This document shows, piece by piece, positions 6,604-14,932 of a stretch of 30,631 nucleotides of DNA. The notes under the pieces are model-generated. The model worked only from the letters and a program-made list of their open reading frames with translations, did not search any database and was not told the origin of the DNA. Each line of letters begins with the position of its first letter. The stretch's first letter is position 1. This stretch comes from Minisyncoccota bacterium (GTDB lineage: Bacteria > Patescibacteriota > Minisyncoccia > Phycocordibacterales > JACOZG01): the NCBI GenBank assembly GCA_036516635.1, contig DATECC010000024.1, positions 1-30,631 of the forward strand, written 5' to 3'. The position numbers and the translations under genes were made by a program.

Positions 6604-8181
6604 TTATTTTCTCTCCGCAAACAACATCTCGGCTTTGAAATTTCCTTGGCCGTCGGTAAAGATTTGTTCAAAATACAAGCGGCCGCCGTCAGCGGGAAGG
6701 CTCGGCTCGCCGACCGCAAATTTGCTGGAAACAACCATCTCCGGTTCGCCCCACTGATTACCCCCCATTATTTTTGAGCGATAAATACCCATCGGTTTTC
6801 CCGTCGGCTGGCGATTCGAAACAAAATATAAATAATCGCCATAAACAAAGGTCTGCAGATCGTCCCCGTCGCTATTTATTGGCGGCGGCAATAATTCGGG
6901 CGCTTGCCACGCGTCGTTCGCTTTCACCGACCGGTAAATATTATGGCCTTGGAATTTTGCCGGCCGTTGGCTCCAAAAAAACATTTCATTATCTGCTCGA
7001 TTAACATACGGGTCGTCATCCCAGTAAACGCTACTGACTGCTTCAATTTTTTTTGCCGGTTGCCAGGCGCCGTTTATTTTTTCAGAATAAGCAATGTCTT
7101 TCTCGCGGCAGTGGTCATCGAACGAGGTAACGAAATAAGCTTTGTTTTCATTGACTAAAGTAATGCTTTGCACCGGACAATTAAGGGTCAAGGAATGCGG
7201 TCTGGGTTCGCTCCAGCCGCCCGAAGTTTTTTCAACATAGAATAAGTCGTACCGCGGGTAATCGCCGCAGTTCCAGTTTCCCAGCGCGCCCAAAAGACAG
7301 GTTTTCTGATCATCTAAAGACGGCCCGATTTTTTTCAGCTGGCCGTCGCCGAGACGAAGTCTAAAAGCGTCCACATTGATATAACCGAAATAAAAAGTCT
7401 GGCCGTCCGGAGAAATATAATTGCCTTCCTGCCAGCCGGCGGTGTTGAACGGCAGAAGTTTCGGCTCTTGCCATTCCGACGAAACTTGCGCAATATCGTT
7501 TTTTCTGATGGCCGGCCAATCGCTGGCGTGTAAAGTTAAGCCGAAAATTTTTACCAGCGCCAAAATCCAAATGGCGCCGATGATGAAAGCGATCAACGGC
7601 ACAAACGATAATCTGATTTTCTTTCCCAAACTGGCGGGTTGCTGTTCGGTAAAATCCGGTTTCATTAACAGATAAGGAATAATAAAAAAGGCGCCGTACA
7701 GAACGATAAATAACGGCAGACCGACAAAGGCCAGCAACGGATTATTTAACAGACCTTCAATGATAAAACCATGGAAGCCGCCGAGAATAAAGGCCTCCGT
7801 CAGAGTGTAGTTGTACTTGCGAAGGAGAGCGAACCAAAAAATCAGCCACAATAAATACCAGGGCGCGGTTAGTAGTAAATCCCAGCCAACGACCGGGTGA
7901 ATCGGTTTGGAGAACATATAAACCAATTCGGCCACGACCGTTGAGAGATAGCCGACAATGACAAACCGCCAACCGGGACGAGGAATGATTTTAATCACCC
8001 GCGCGAACGGCCGGCGGAAAAAATAAATCAACCCGAACCAGGCGAAAACCAATAATTCGCTGACAACCGTTAAGGTTTCTCGGCTGGCGCCGTTGATCAA
8101 TAAACTGGCCGCTTGCAGCAGCACCATCGCCGCCGCCCATAAAACGAAGAACCAACTCAAAATTTTAACAAATTTCCTCAT
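6604..8181 (-). CDS. Polytopic membrane domain fused to a TolB/PD40-like beta-propeller
   Basis: Residues ~1-215 hold roughly 6-7 hydrophobic helices. The C-terminal part has YISPDGQTFYF, DDDPYV..EMFFWSQR, INSDGDD..YLYFVSNR and EPSLPADGGRLYF repeats. Its stop codon abuts the stop of the convergent ATPase gene (TAATTA). Confidence 0.8.
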   Translation of the reverse strand: MRKFVKILSWFFVLWAAAMVLLQAASLLINGASRETLTVVSELLVFAWFGLIYFFRRPFARVIKIIPRPGWRFVIVGYLSTVVAELVYMFSKPIHPVVGWDLLLTAPWYLLWLIFWFALLRKYNYTLTEAFILGGFHGFIIEGLLNNPLLAFVGLPLFIVLYGAFFIIPYLLMKPDFTEQQPASLGKKIRLSFVPLIAFIIGAIWILALVKIFGLTLHASDWPAIRKNDIAQVSSEWQEPKLLPFNTAGWQEGNYISPDGQTFYFGYINVDAFRLRLGDGQLKKIGPSLDDQKTCLLGALGNWNCGDYPRYDLFYVEKTSGGWSEPRPHSLTLNCPVQSITLVNENKAYFVTSFDDHCREKDIAYSEKINGAWQPAKKIEAVSSVYWDDDPYVNRADNEMFFWSQRPAKFQGHNIYRSVKANDAWQAPELLPPPINSDGDDLQTFVYGDYLYFVSNRQPTGKPMGIYRSKIMGGNQWGEPEMVVSSKFAVGEPSLPADGGRLYFEQIFTDGQGNFKAEMLFAERK

Positions 8182-8226
8182 CTAAATTTATTTATCAGAT
8201 TAGCAGATTTGTAGTAAGATGAGCAA

Positions 8227-9408
8227 ATGGCCGGCAAAAAACACCTGTTAATTTTTTCCTTGGCTTACCAGCCGTTCATTGGCGGCGCCGAAGTGGCGGT
8301 GAAAGAAATTGCCGATCGTTTGCCCGATTACGATTCTGATTTATTAACGGTTAATCTGGACCGTCGACAAAAAGCGGCAGAAAAAATCGGTGCAGTTTCC
8401 GTTTATCGTTTAAACAGTCCGAAATATTTTTTCCCGCTCGCGGCCTGTCGTTTGGCCGTTAAACTGCACCAAAAAAATAAATATGACGCCATTTGGTCAA
8501 TCATGGCCAACCAGGCGGGGCTGGCCGCGGCGTTGTTCAAACGTTGTTTCCCTCGCGTGCCCTGGCTGCTGACGCTGCAGGAGGGGGACGACCTTAATAG
8601 TTTAGCTTATCGTTTGCGACTGTTGGCGCCGCGCTGGTTTGGCGTCTTTAAATCGGCGGATCAGATTCAAGTGATTTCTAATTATCTCAGTGCTTGGGCC
8701 AGAAGGATGGGAGCGACGGCGCCGATCAGTGTGGTGCCGAATGGGGTAGATGTTAGTAACTTTCAGGTTTTAGCTTCTAGCTTTCAGCTTAAGGATAATG
8801 AAAATAAAATCATAATTACTACCTCAAGATTGGTAAAAAAGAACGGCGTTGATACTTTGATTGAAGCCATGCAATTTTTACCAAATAACGTGCGACTGCA
8901 AATTTTGGGTACTGGCCCGAAAGAAAGGTCACTGAGAAAACTAGTGTCAAGGTTAAACCTTGACGGACGAATTAAGTTTTTTGGTCAAGTATCGCCGAAC
9001 GAAATACCAAACTATTTGGCTTCCGCCGATATTTTCGTCCGGCCCGCGCGCTCGGAGGGTTTGGGTAATTCGTTTCTGGAAGCGATGGCCGCCGGCGTGC
9101 CGATTGTCGGCACGCCGGTCGGCGGCATTCCGGATTTTTTACATGATCCGCAATGGCAAGGTGAGTCCTTGCCATTTGGCAAGGACTCACCTTTGGGGCA
9201 GACGGGCTGGTTTTGCGAAGTCGGTAATCCAAAAAGCGTGGCGGAAAAAATTTCTTTCATCCTTGATCCAAGCAATTTTAATCTCGTTAACGAAGTTATA
9301 ACTAAAGCCCGCAAAGTGGTCACTGAAAAGTATCATTGGCATCAAATTAGCATTCAAATAGGCCATATTTTTGAAAAACTGATTGCTAAAAATGAGAAAA
9401 ATAGGTAG
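8227..9408 (+). CDS. Glycosyltransferase family 4
   Basis: Motifs GGAE, VPNGVD, SRLVKKNG and SEGLGNSFLEAMAAGVP (EX7E). A -10-like TAAGAT lies 6 nt before the ATG. Confidence 0.93.
   Translation: MAGKKHLLIFSLAYQPFIGGAEVAVKEIADRLPDYDSDLLTVNLDRRQKAAEKIGAVSVYRLNSPKYFFPLAACRLAVKLHQKNKYDAIWSIMANQAGLAAALFKRCFPRVPWLLTLQEGDDLNSLAYRLRLLAPRWFGVFKSADQIQVISNYLSAWARRMGATAPISVVPNGVDVSNFQVLASSFQLKDNENKIIITTSRLVKKNGVDTLIEAMQFLPNNVRLQILGTGPKERSLRKLVSRLNLDGRIKFFGQVSPNEIPNYLASADIFVRPARSEGLGNSFLEAMAAGVPIVGTPVGGIPDFLHDPQWQGESLPFGKDSPLGQTGWFCEVGNPKSVAEKISFILDPSNFNLVNEVITKARKVVTEKYHWHQISIQIGHIFEKLIAKNEKNR
8761..8790 (+). repeat. Degenerate 7-bp tandem repeat inside the GT4 gene
   Basis: TTTCAGG TTTTAGC TTCTAGC TTTCAGC TT (consensus TTYYAGC). 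Confidence 0.7.
9152..9193. repeat. Nested palindrome inside the GT4 coding sequence
   Basis: 17-bp perfect inverted repeat with a 2-nt spacer (9158-9174/9177-9193). It overlaps a 10-bp perfect stem with a 5-nt loop (9152-9161/9167-9176). Confidence 0.92.
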
Positions 9409-9417
9409 AGTATCAAA

Positions 9418-10425
9418 GTGAAAAAAATTCTCATTGCCACGCCGCTTTATCCGCCGGATATCGGTGGTCCGGCGGAATATGCTTATAATTTGGAGTGTGA
9501 GTTAAATAATCTCGGCCACGAGGTGAAAGTGGAAAAATTTTCTAGTATCAAACACTGGCCTTCCGGCTTGCGTCACTTCATTTATTTTTTCAAAATTTTG
9601 CCGGCCATGTTTCGAGCCGATTGGTGTTTGGCTCTCGATACATTCAGTGTGGCTTTGCCAGCCGTTCTCGCGGCAAGACTTTTCGGCAATAAAATTATCA
9701 TTCGCACCGGCGGTGATTTTTTATGGGAACAATATGTGGAGCGAACCGGCAAATTGGTTCTGTTGCGGAATTTTTATCAAACCGAATTAGTTTTTTTTTC
9801 AAAAAAAGAAAAATTCATCTTTAAATTAACCAAGTGGATTTTAAATCACACCACGACCATAGTTTTCAGCACCGAATGGCAGAAGCAAATCTGGCTGGCT
9901 CCGTATGAACTAAATTTGGCCAAAACTTCAATCATTGAAAATTATTACGGGATTAAAGATTTAGCTCTTTTGCCATCAACCAAAAATTTCCTTTGGGCCA
10001 GCCGCTATCTTAAGCTTAAGAATTTGGAAAAACTTAAACTCGCTTTCGCGGTGGTGAAAGAAAGTCATCCAAACTTATCATTGGATATTGGTCAATGGTC
10101 ACCGGAAAAATTGATAACCAAGATTAAGACTAGCTACGCGGTGATTGTCCCGTCACTTTCAGAGATTAGTCCAAATTTAATTTTACTCGCTCTCCAATAT
10201 CGGAAACCTTTTATCTTGACTATGGAAACTGGCCTCCATGATCAATTACAAGAGGTGGCGGTTTTTGTTGATCCAATCAACATAGGAGATATGGCGAGCA
10301 AGATTATTTGGTTGGCTGACGAACAGAATTATCTGATTCAGCAGAAAAAAATGGACGATTTTTCATTTACTCATTCTTGGTCAGAAATCGCCAGTGAATT
10401 TTTGGAAATTTTCAGTGAGTTATGA
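9418..10425 (+). CDS. Glycosyltransferase family 4-like
   Basis: GTG start; ILIATPLYPPDIGGPAEY; C-terminal PSLSEISPN...KPFI and DP...DMASKI. Confidence 0.85.
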   Translation: MKKILIATPLYPPDIGGPAEYAYNLECELNNLGHEVKVEKFSSIKHWPSGLRHFIYFFKILPAMFRADWCLALDTFSVALPAVLAARLFGNKIIIRTGGDFLWEQYVERTGKLVLLRNFYQTELVFFSKKEKFIFKLTKWILNHTTTIVFSTEWQKQIWLAPYELNLAKTSIIENYYGIKDLALLPSTKNFLWASRYLKLKNLEKLKLAFAVVKESHPNLSLDIGQWSPEKLITKIKTSYAVIVPSLSEISPNLILLALQYRKPFILTMETGLHDQLQEVAVFVDPINIGDMASKIIWLADEQNYLIQQKKMDDFSFTHSWSEIASEFLEIFSEL

Positions 10426-11426
10426 AAATTTTAACCATTGGTTCCGATCGACAATTGTTTGATGCCACGAGCGAAGTTCGACGGCGCACCCTTAATTTAA
10501 CCTCAAACTTTACGGAATTGAAGATCATTGTTCTAGCTGAAAAATCACTCGGATTCAATCCTGAACAAATCGCTCCAAACAGTTGGATTTATCCGACCAA
10601 TTCAATTGGTCGTCTGAATTATATTTGGGATGCGGTCAGGTTGGGAAAAAATTTACGGGACAGCCAAATGGTCAGTGCGCAAGATCCGTTTGAATGTGGT
10701 TTAGCCGCTTGGCTGATCAACCGCCATCTCCGGGCCAAGTTGGAGCTGCAGATTCATACCGATCTCGGCAGCCCCTATTTTTGGCAGGAATCAATCAAAA
10801 ACAAAATTCGTTTTCTGATGGCTAAATTTTTATTGCCGCGCGCCGACAATATCCGCGTCGTGAGCGAAAGAATTAAGAATTTCCTCACCCACCACTTCTC
10901 ACTACCGGCCTCTAAAATCACCGTCCGCCCGATTGCGGTTAACACCGAACAAATTAAAACCGCGCCGATTAAGACCGATCTACATAAAAAATATCCCCAG
11001 TTTGATAAAATTATCTTGATGGCTTCGCGTTTGACGAAAGAAAAAAATATCGGTTTAGCTATTGAGGCGATGCGAGAGATCGTGAAAGCAAGACCGCGAA
11101 CCGGTCTAATCGTCGTCGGTTCCGGTCCGGAAGAAAAAAAAATAAAATTTCTGACTTCTTATTTCTCGCTCTCAGAAAATATCGTTTTTGAACCGCAGTT
11201 AAATCAAGAAACTTTATATTCCTATTACAAAACTTGCGATTTGTTTCTTTTGACTTCTTGGTACGAAGGTTACGGAATGACCCTAATTGAAGCCCAAGCC
11301 GCCGGCGGCAAAATAATTTCAACCGATGTCGGCGTGGCCCGAGCCGTCGGGGCCATCATAACTGATTTTTCCGTCACTACACTGGTTGAAAAAATTTTGC
11401 GCTTATTTCAATCTCGATCTTCATAA
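10422..11426 (+). CDS. Glycosyltransferase family 4
   Basis: Motifs SRLTKEKN and YEGYGMTLIEAQA. The start overlaps the upstream stop (ATGA). Confidence 0.9.
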   Translation: MKILTIGSDRQLFDATSEVRRRTLNLTSNFTELKIIVLAEKSLGFNPEQIAPNSWIYPTNSIGRLNYIWDAVRLGKNLRDSQMVSAQDPFECGLAAWLINRHLRAKLELQIHTDLGSPYFWQESIKNKIRFLMAKFLLPRADNIRVVSERIKNFLTHHFSLPASKITVRPIAVNTEQIKTAPIKTDLHKKYPQFDKIILMASRLTKEKNIGLAIEAMREIVKARPRTGLIVVGSGPEEKKIKFLTSYFSLSENIVFEPQLNQETLYSYYKTCDLFLLTSWYEGYGMTLIEAQAAGGKIISTDVGVARAVGAIITDFSVTTLVEKILRLFQSRSS

Positions 11427-12191
11427 TTTTTTCGCCTCGATATTTATGCTCGTTCCCAAAAACCAAAAATGTTTCGCCCAACCTTGCTCAAAATAATTCG
11501 CCAATTTTATTGTCAAGTCCGATAACCAAAAATCAAACGGCCGGAAAATAATCCGGTAATTGTATGATTGCCATCTGATCACTTCCAATCCCTGTGTCCG
11601 TAAAAAATCCAGATATTCTCTAAGCCGATATTCGCGATGGATTAATTTTGTTGCTTGGTTTTGTTGCGTTAACCGGCGAATCAAACGCGCGAGCGGTGTC
11701 AGCCCCCAACGATCCCACATTCTCGCCGGGTTCCACCAATTGGGGATTGAAACGATTAATCGTCCGTCGGGTTTTAAAACACGTTTAATTTCAGTAAAAA
11801 CTGCCGGTTCGTCATCAAGATATTCAACCAATCCCATCGCACTGATTACCTCAAAATAATTATCTGGAAAATCAATTTTTTCCGCCGTTCCAGTAGAAAA
11901 AAATATCTTCGCCGCCGGCCCAAATTTTTTTCTGGCCGCCTCAATCATCTGCGGCGAAATATCAACCCCATAATAAGTCCAATTATTTTTAATAATTTCC
12001 GCGGTCATTACTCCTGGCCCGCAACCAAGATCCAGGATTTTTCCCGGACCTTGACCCAACAGAGCAAGTAGACTTTTTTTTCTGACGCGAAAAGAATAAC
12101 CTTCGGCCGTTCGGGCAGCATACTTGACGGCGTAGCCGTCTGGGTCAACGCTGAAATTCTCGATCACTTTTAATTTTTGATTTAAAAACAT
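11421..12191 (-). CDS. Class I SAM-dependent methyltransferase
   Basis: Motifs ILDLGCGPG, YGVDIS, FPDNYFEVI and KRVLKPDGRLIV. Its stop overlaps the convergent GT stop (TCATAA). Confidence 0.9.
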   Translation of the reverse strand: MFLNQKLKVIENFSVDPDGYAVKYAARTAEGYSFRVRKKSLLALLGQGPGKILDLGCGPGVMTAEIIKNNWTYYGVDISPQMIEAARKKFGPAAKIFFSTGTAEKIDFPDNYFEVISAMGLVEYLDDEPAVFTEIKRVLKPDGRLIVSIPNWWNPARMWDRWGLTPLARLIRRLTQQNQATKLIHREYRLREYLDFLRTQGLEVIRWQSYNYRIIFRPFDFWLSDLTIKLANYFEQGWAKHFWFLGTSINIEAKKL

Positions 12192-12215
12192 CAGTTCATT
12201 ATTAGTTCGCCAATC

Positions 12216-13217
12216 TTAACGCAAAACTAAACTGGAAACCAGTGCTCGAAAAATGTTAAAATCATGGTGAGCCTGAATAGTTAATCGTGGCAACAGCAAA
12301 GGAATTTCTTTGGCCGGTCTAATTCTTCTTGGGTTGGTCGTCCAAGCATAACGCCAACCTAACGACCTTAAAATTCTCAAAGTCTCGACGTCCCAATCAC
12401 CCGATTGGCCGTTAGGGTAAGCGAAATGAGAAACGGTCCCTAATCGACCGGCAATCAATTTTTGTGACTGATAAATTTCTTTTTCTTGTTCGGCTGAAGA
12501 TAATTGGCTCAAGATCGGGTGATTGAGAGTGTGATTACCGAAAATCATACCAGCGCGAGACATAATTTTAATTTCGGTCCAAGAAAGGGGTGAATAATTC
12601 GGCGCCGTTTCAAATGAAAAGACTAAATTATTTTTTTCTTCAATTTCTCGCAGTTGGAACAATCTGGTTTTTCCCGAGCAATGTTTCAGGTATCGATTGA
12701 TTACTATATTCGCGGAAATTTTTTCATGAGGTCGGCGGAGAGAAAAAACCTGTTGCTGGCCAGCAAAATTCAGCGTTAAATTTAATTGTTCACAATGATT
12801 AATGGCAAATTCCAAACGATCAGTCCAAAGCGGTTGCCGTTTTTCAATAAAATTTCCGGTCAGAAAAAAAGTGGCGGTCACCGCCTCCGTCTGAAGGATT
12901 GGAAACGCTTGGTCAAAATTATTTTTGTAGCCATCATCAAAAGTCAGAGCGCACAATGGCTGATCGACCGCCGCTTCTAAATTATTCTCCATCTCTTTTA
13001 ATGAGACAATTTTAAAATGTTTTTTTAACCAACGAATTTGCCGTTGAAAATCTGTCGCGGAAATATGTTTGCCATGGTAGTTTTCAATTCCCGGAAAACT
13101 TTTATGGTCAGTCACCCCGTGGTAGAGCAAAACCAGCGGCCGGTGGCGGTTGAACCAACACCCCAAATTAGCCATAAATTGATTACCGAGAATTCCTCCC
13201 GCTAGTTTCTTGACCAT
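12216..13217 (-). CDS. Polysaccharide deacetylase (NodB/CE4 domain)
   Basis: Motifs LLYHGV, LTFDDG, GNHTLNHPIL and FAYPNG. Confidence 0.9.
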   Translation of the reverse strand: MVKKLAGGILGNQFMANLGCWFNRHRPLVLLYHGVTDHKSFPGIENYHGKHISATDFQRQIRWLKKHFKIVSLKEMENNLEAAVDQPLCALTFDDGYKNNFDQAFPILQTEAVTATFFLTGNFIEKRQPLWTDRLEFAINHCEQLNLTLNFAGQQQVFSLRRPHEKISANIVINRYLKHCSGKTRLFQLREIEEKNNLVFSFETAPNYSPLSWTEIKIMSRAGMIFGNHTLNHPILSQLSSAEQEKEIYQSQKLIAGRLGTVSHFAYPNGQSGDWDVETLRILRSLGWRYAWTTNPRRIRPAKEIPLLLPRLTIQAHHDFNIFRALVSSLVLR

Positions 13218-13241
13218 TTTTTATGTTATATTGCTGAAACT
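13218..13241. promoter_or_regulatory. 24-bp divergent intergenic region with overlapping -10-like boxes
   Basis: Plus strand TGT-TATATT (13224-13232) lies 9 nt before ATG 13242. Minus strand TATAAC (13230-13225) lies 7 nt before ATG 13217. Confidence 0.5.
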
Positions 13242-14291
13242 ATGTTGTTAAGCCAGCGAGGGTCAAAATTGCTGATTTTAACCCAAAAAATCGACTGTCA
13301 AGATGATGTGTTAGGATTTTTCCACGGCTGGGTCCAAGCCCTAGCCGGACAATTCGAATTTATTAATGTTATCTGTTTGGAACAAGGTCAACTTGATTTG
13401 CCAACCAATGTCAAAGTTTATTCTCTTGGTAAAGAAAAAAAACATCGTCGCTGGCAATATCTGTTCCGATTCTATCGCCTGATTATTTCCCTGCGCCATA
13501 ATTACGATACGGTATTTGTGCATATGAATCAAGAATATATCCTACTGGGTTCTCTGCTTTGGCGGCATTGGGGGAAAAAAATTTTTCTCTGGTATAACCA
13601 CACCACCGGCACGATTTGGACACGTTTGGCAATGAAGCTGGCCCAACGGGTCTGCCATACTTCCCCTTACGCTTTTACCGCCGGCACCGAAAAATCACTC
13701 CGGTTACCGGCGGGAATTGATACCGACTATTTTCGGCCGATCCGATCGATTAAAAAAACAGCCAACAGCATTCTCTATTTGGGGCGAATTGCACCGGTAA
13801 AAAAAATCCATATTTTAATCGCCGCGGTGAAAAAATTAAACCGCGCGGATAGAAAGATTATTCTTGATATCTACGGTGGATCATCGGCGAAGGATCAAAC
13901 CTATCTTGAAAATTTGCGTCAGTCGGCGGCAGAACTAACTAAACTCGGACAGATAAATTTTTGTGGGCGGATTCCTTATCTCGCCACGCCGGAAATTTAT
14001 AATGCTCATGAAATTTTGATTAATCTGACGCCGCGCGGCAATTATGATAAAACTGTCTTGGAAGCAATGGCCTGCGAAACCCTGGTCGCCGTCTCCAGTC
14101 AGGCCTTTTCAGATTTGCTGCCGGAAAACTGTTTTTTCAGCGAAGAAGACCCGGTTAGTCTAACTGTCGCTATCGGGAAATTGTTAGATTTAAGTTTAAC
14201 TGAAAAACTTAACGCCGGTCGAAAATTCAGACACACCATTATCGATCGCCACGATTTGAAAAAATTAGCTCAACAATTGAGGCAAATGTGA
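13242..14291 (+). CDS. Glycosyltransferase family 4
   Basis: Motifs LYLGRIAPVKK and GNYDKTVLEAMAC. Confidence 0.9.
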   Translation: MLLSQRGSKLLILTQKIDCQDDVLGFFHGWVQALAGQFEFINVICLEQGQLDLPTNVKVYSLGKEKKHRRWQYLFRFYRLIISLRHNYDTVFVHMNQEYILLGSLLWRHWGKKIFLWYNHTTGTIWTRLAMKLAQRVCHTSPYAFTAGTEKSLRLPAGIDTDYFRPIRSIKKTANSILYLGRIAPVKKIHILIAAVKKLNRADRKIILDIYGGSSAKDQTYLENLRQSAAELTKLGQINFCGRIPYLATPEIYNAHEILINLTPRGNYDKTVLEAMACETLVAVSSQAFSDLLPENCFFSEEDPVSLTVAIGKLLDLSLTEKLNAGRKFRHTIIDRHDLKKLAQQLRQM

Positions 14292-14932
14292 AACAAAGTT
14301 TGTTCAGAAAATTAACCCATCGATCTCTAGCTAAACTAATGATTTCTGGAACGATACTTGATGTCGGCGGCGATTACCGTTCGCTTTATCGCATCTGCCT
14401 TGGCGGTCAGCACAAATTTATAACCTTAAACATTGATGAACAGACAAAACCAGACTTAAAATTTAATGCGGAGTCCATTCCTTGGCCCGTATCCAATAGT
14501 CAATTTGACGCAGTTTTGTTGATTAATGTGCTGGAACACATCTACAATTACCGTGCTGTCTTGCAAGAAAGTTTCCGTGTCGTTAAGCCGGACGGACACC
14601 TGATCATCGTCGTTCCTTTTCTTTACCCGCTTCACCCCAGTCCTCACGATTATTTTCGCTACTCAGAAGAAACACTCCTTAAATTATTGAACGACCATCA
14701 CTTCAGTGATCGGCAGTTGACTTGTCTAGGTTATGGCGCCTTCAGCACCGCTTGCGCCAATTTGCAGCGTTTTTTTCCACTCCCGCTATACTGGTTTTTG
14801 GAAAAAATTTCCATCGGCACAGATTGGGTAATTAAATATCTCGCCCGCCGACTGGGCCGAAAATATACTGGCGCGGAATACCCGCTTGGTTATTTGGTTG
14901 TCGCGCGACGAAGTAAGCAACCCATATGCTAA
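14288..14932 (+). CDS. Class I SAM-dependent methyltransferase (type 11-like)
   Basis: Motifs ILDVGG, FDAVLLINVLEH, RVVKPDG and HPSPHDYFRY. The start overlaps the upstream stop (GTGA). Confidence 0.88.
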   Translation: MKQSLFRKLTHRSLAKLMISGTILDVGGDYRSLYRICLGGQHKFITLNIDEQTKPDLKFNAESIPWPVSNSQFDAVLLINVLEHIYNYRAVLQESFRVVKPDGHLIIVVPFLYPLHPSPHDYFRYSEETLLKLLNDHHFSDRQLTCLGYGAFSTACANLQRFFPLPLYWFLEKISIGTDWVIKYLARRLGRKYTGAEYPLGYLVVARRSKQPIC

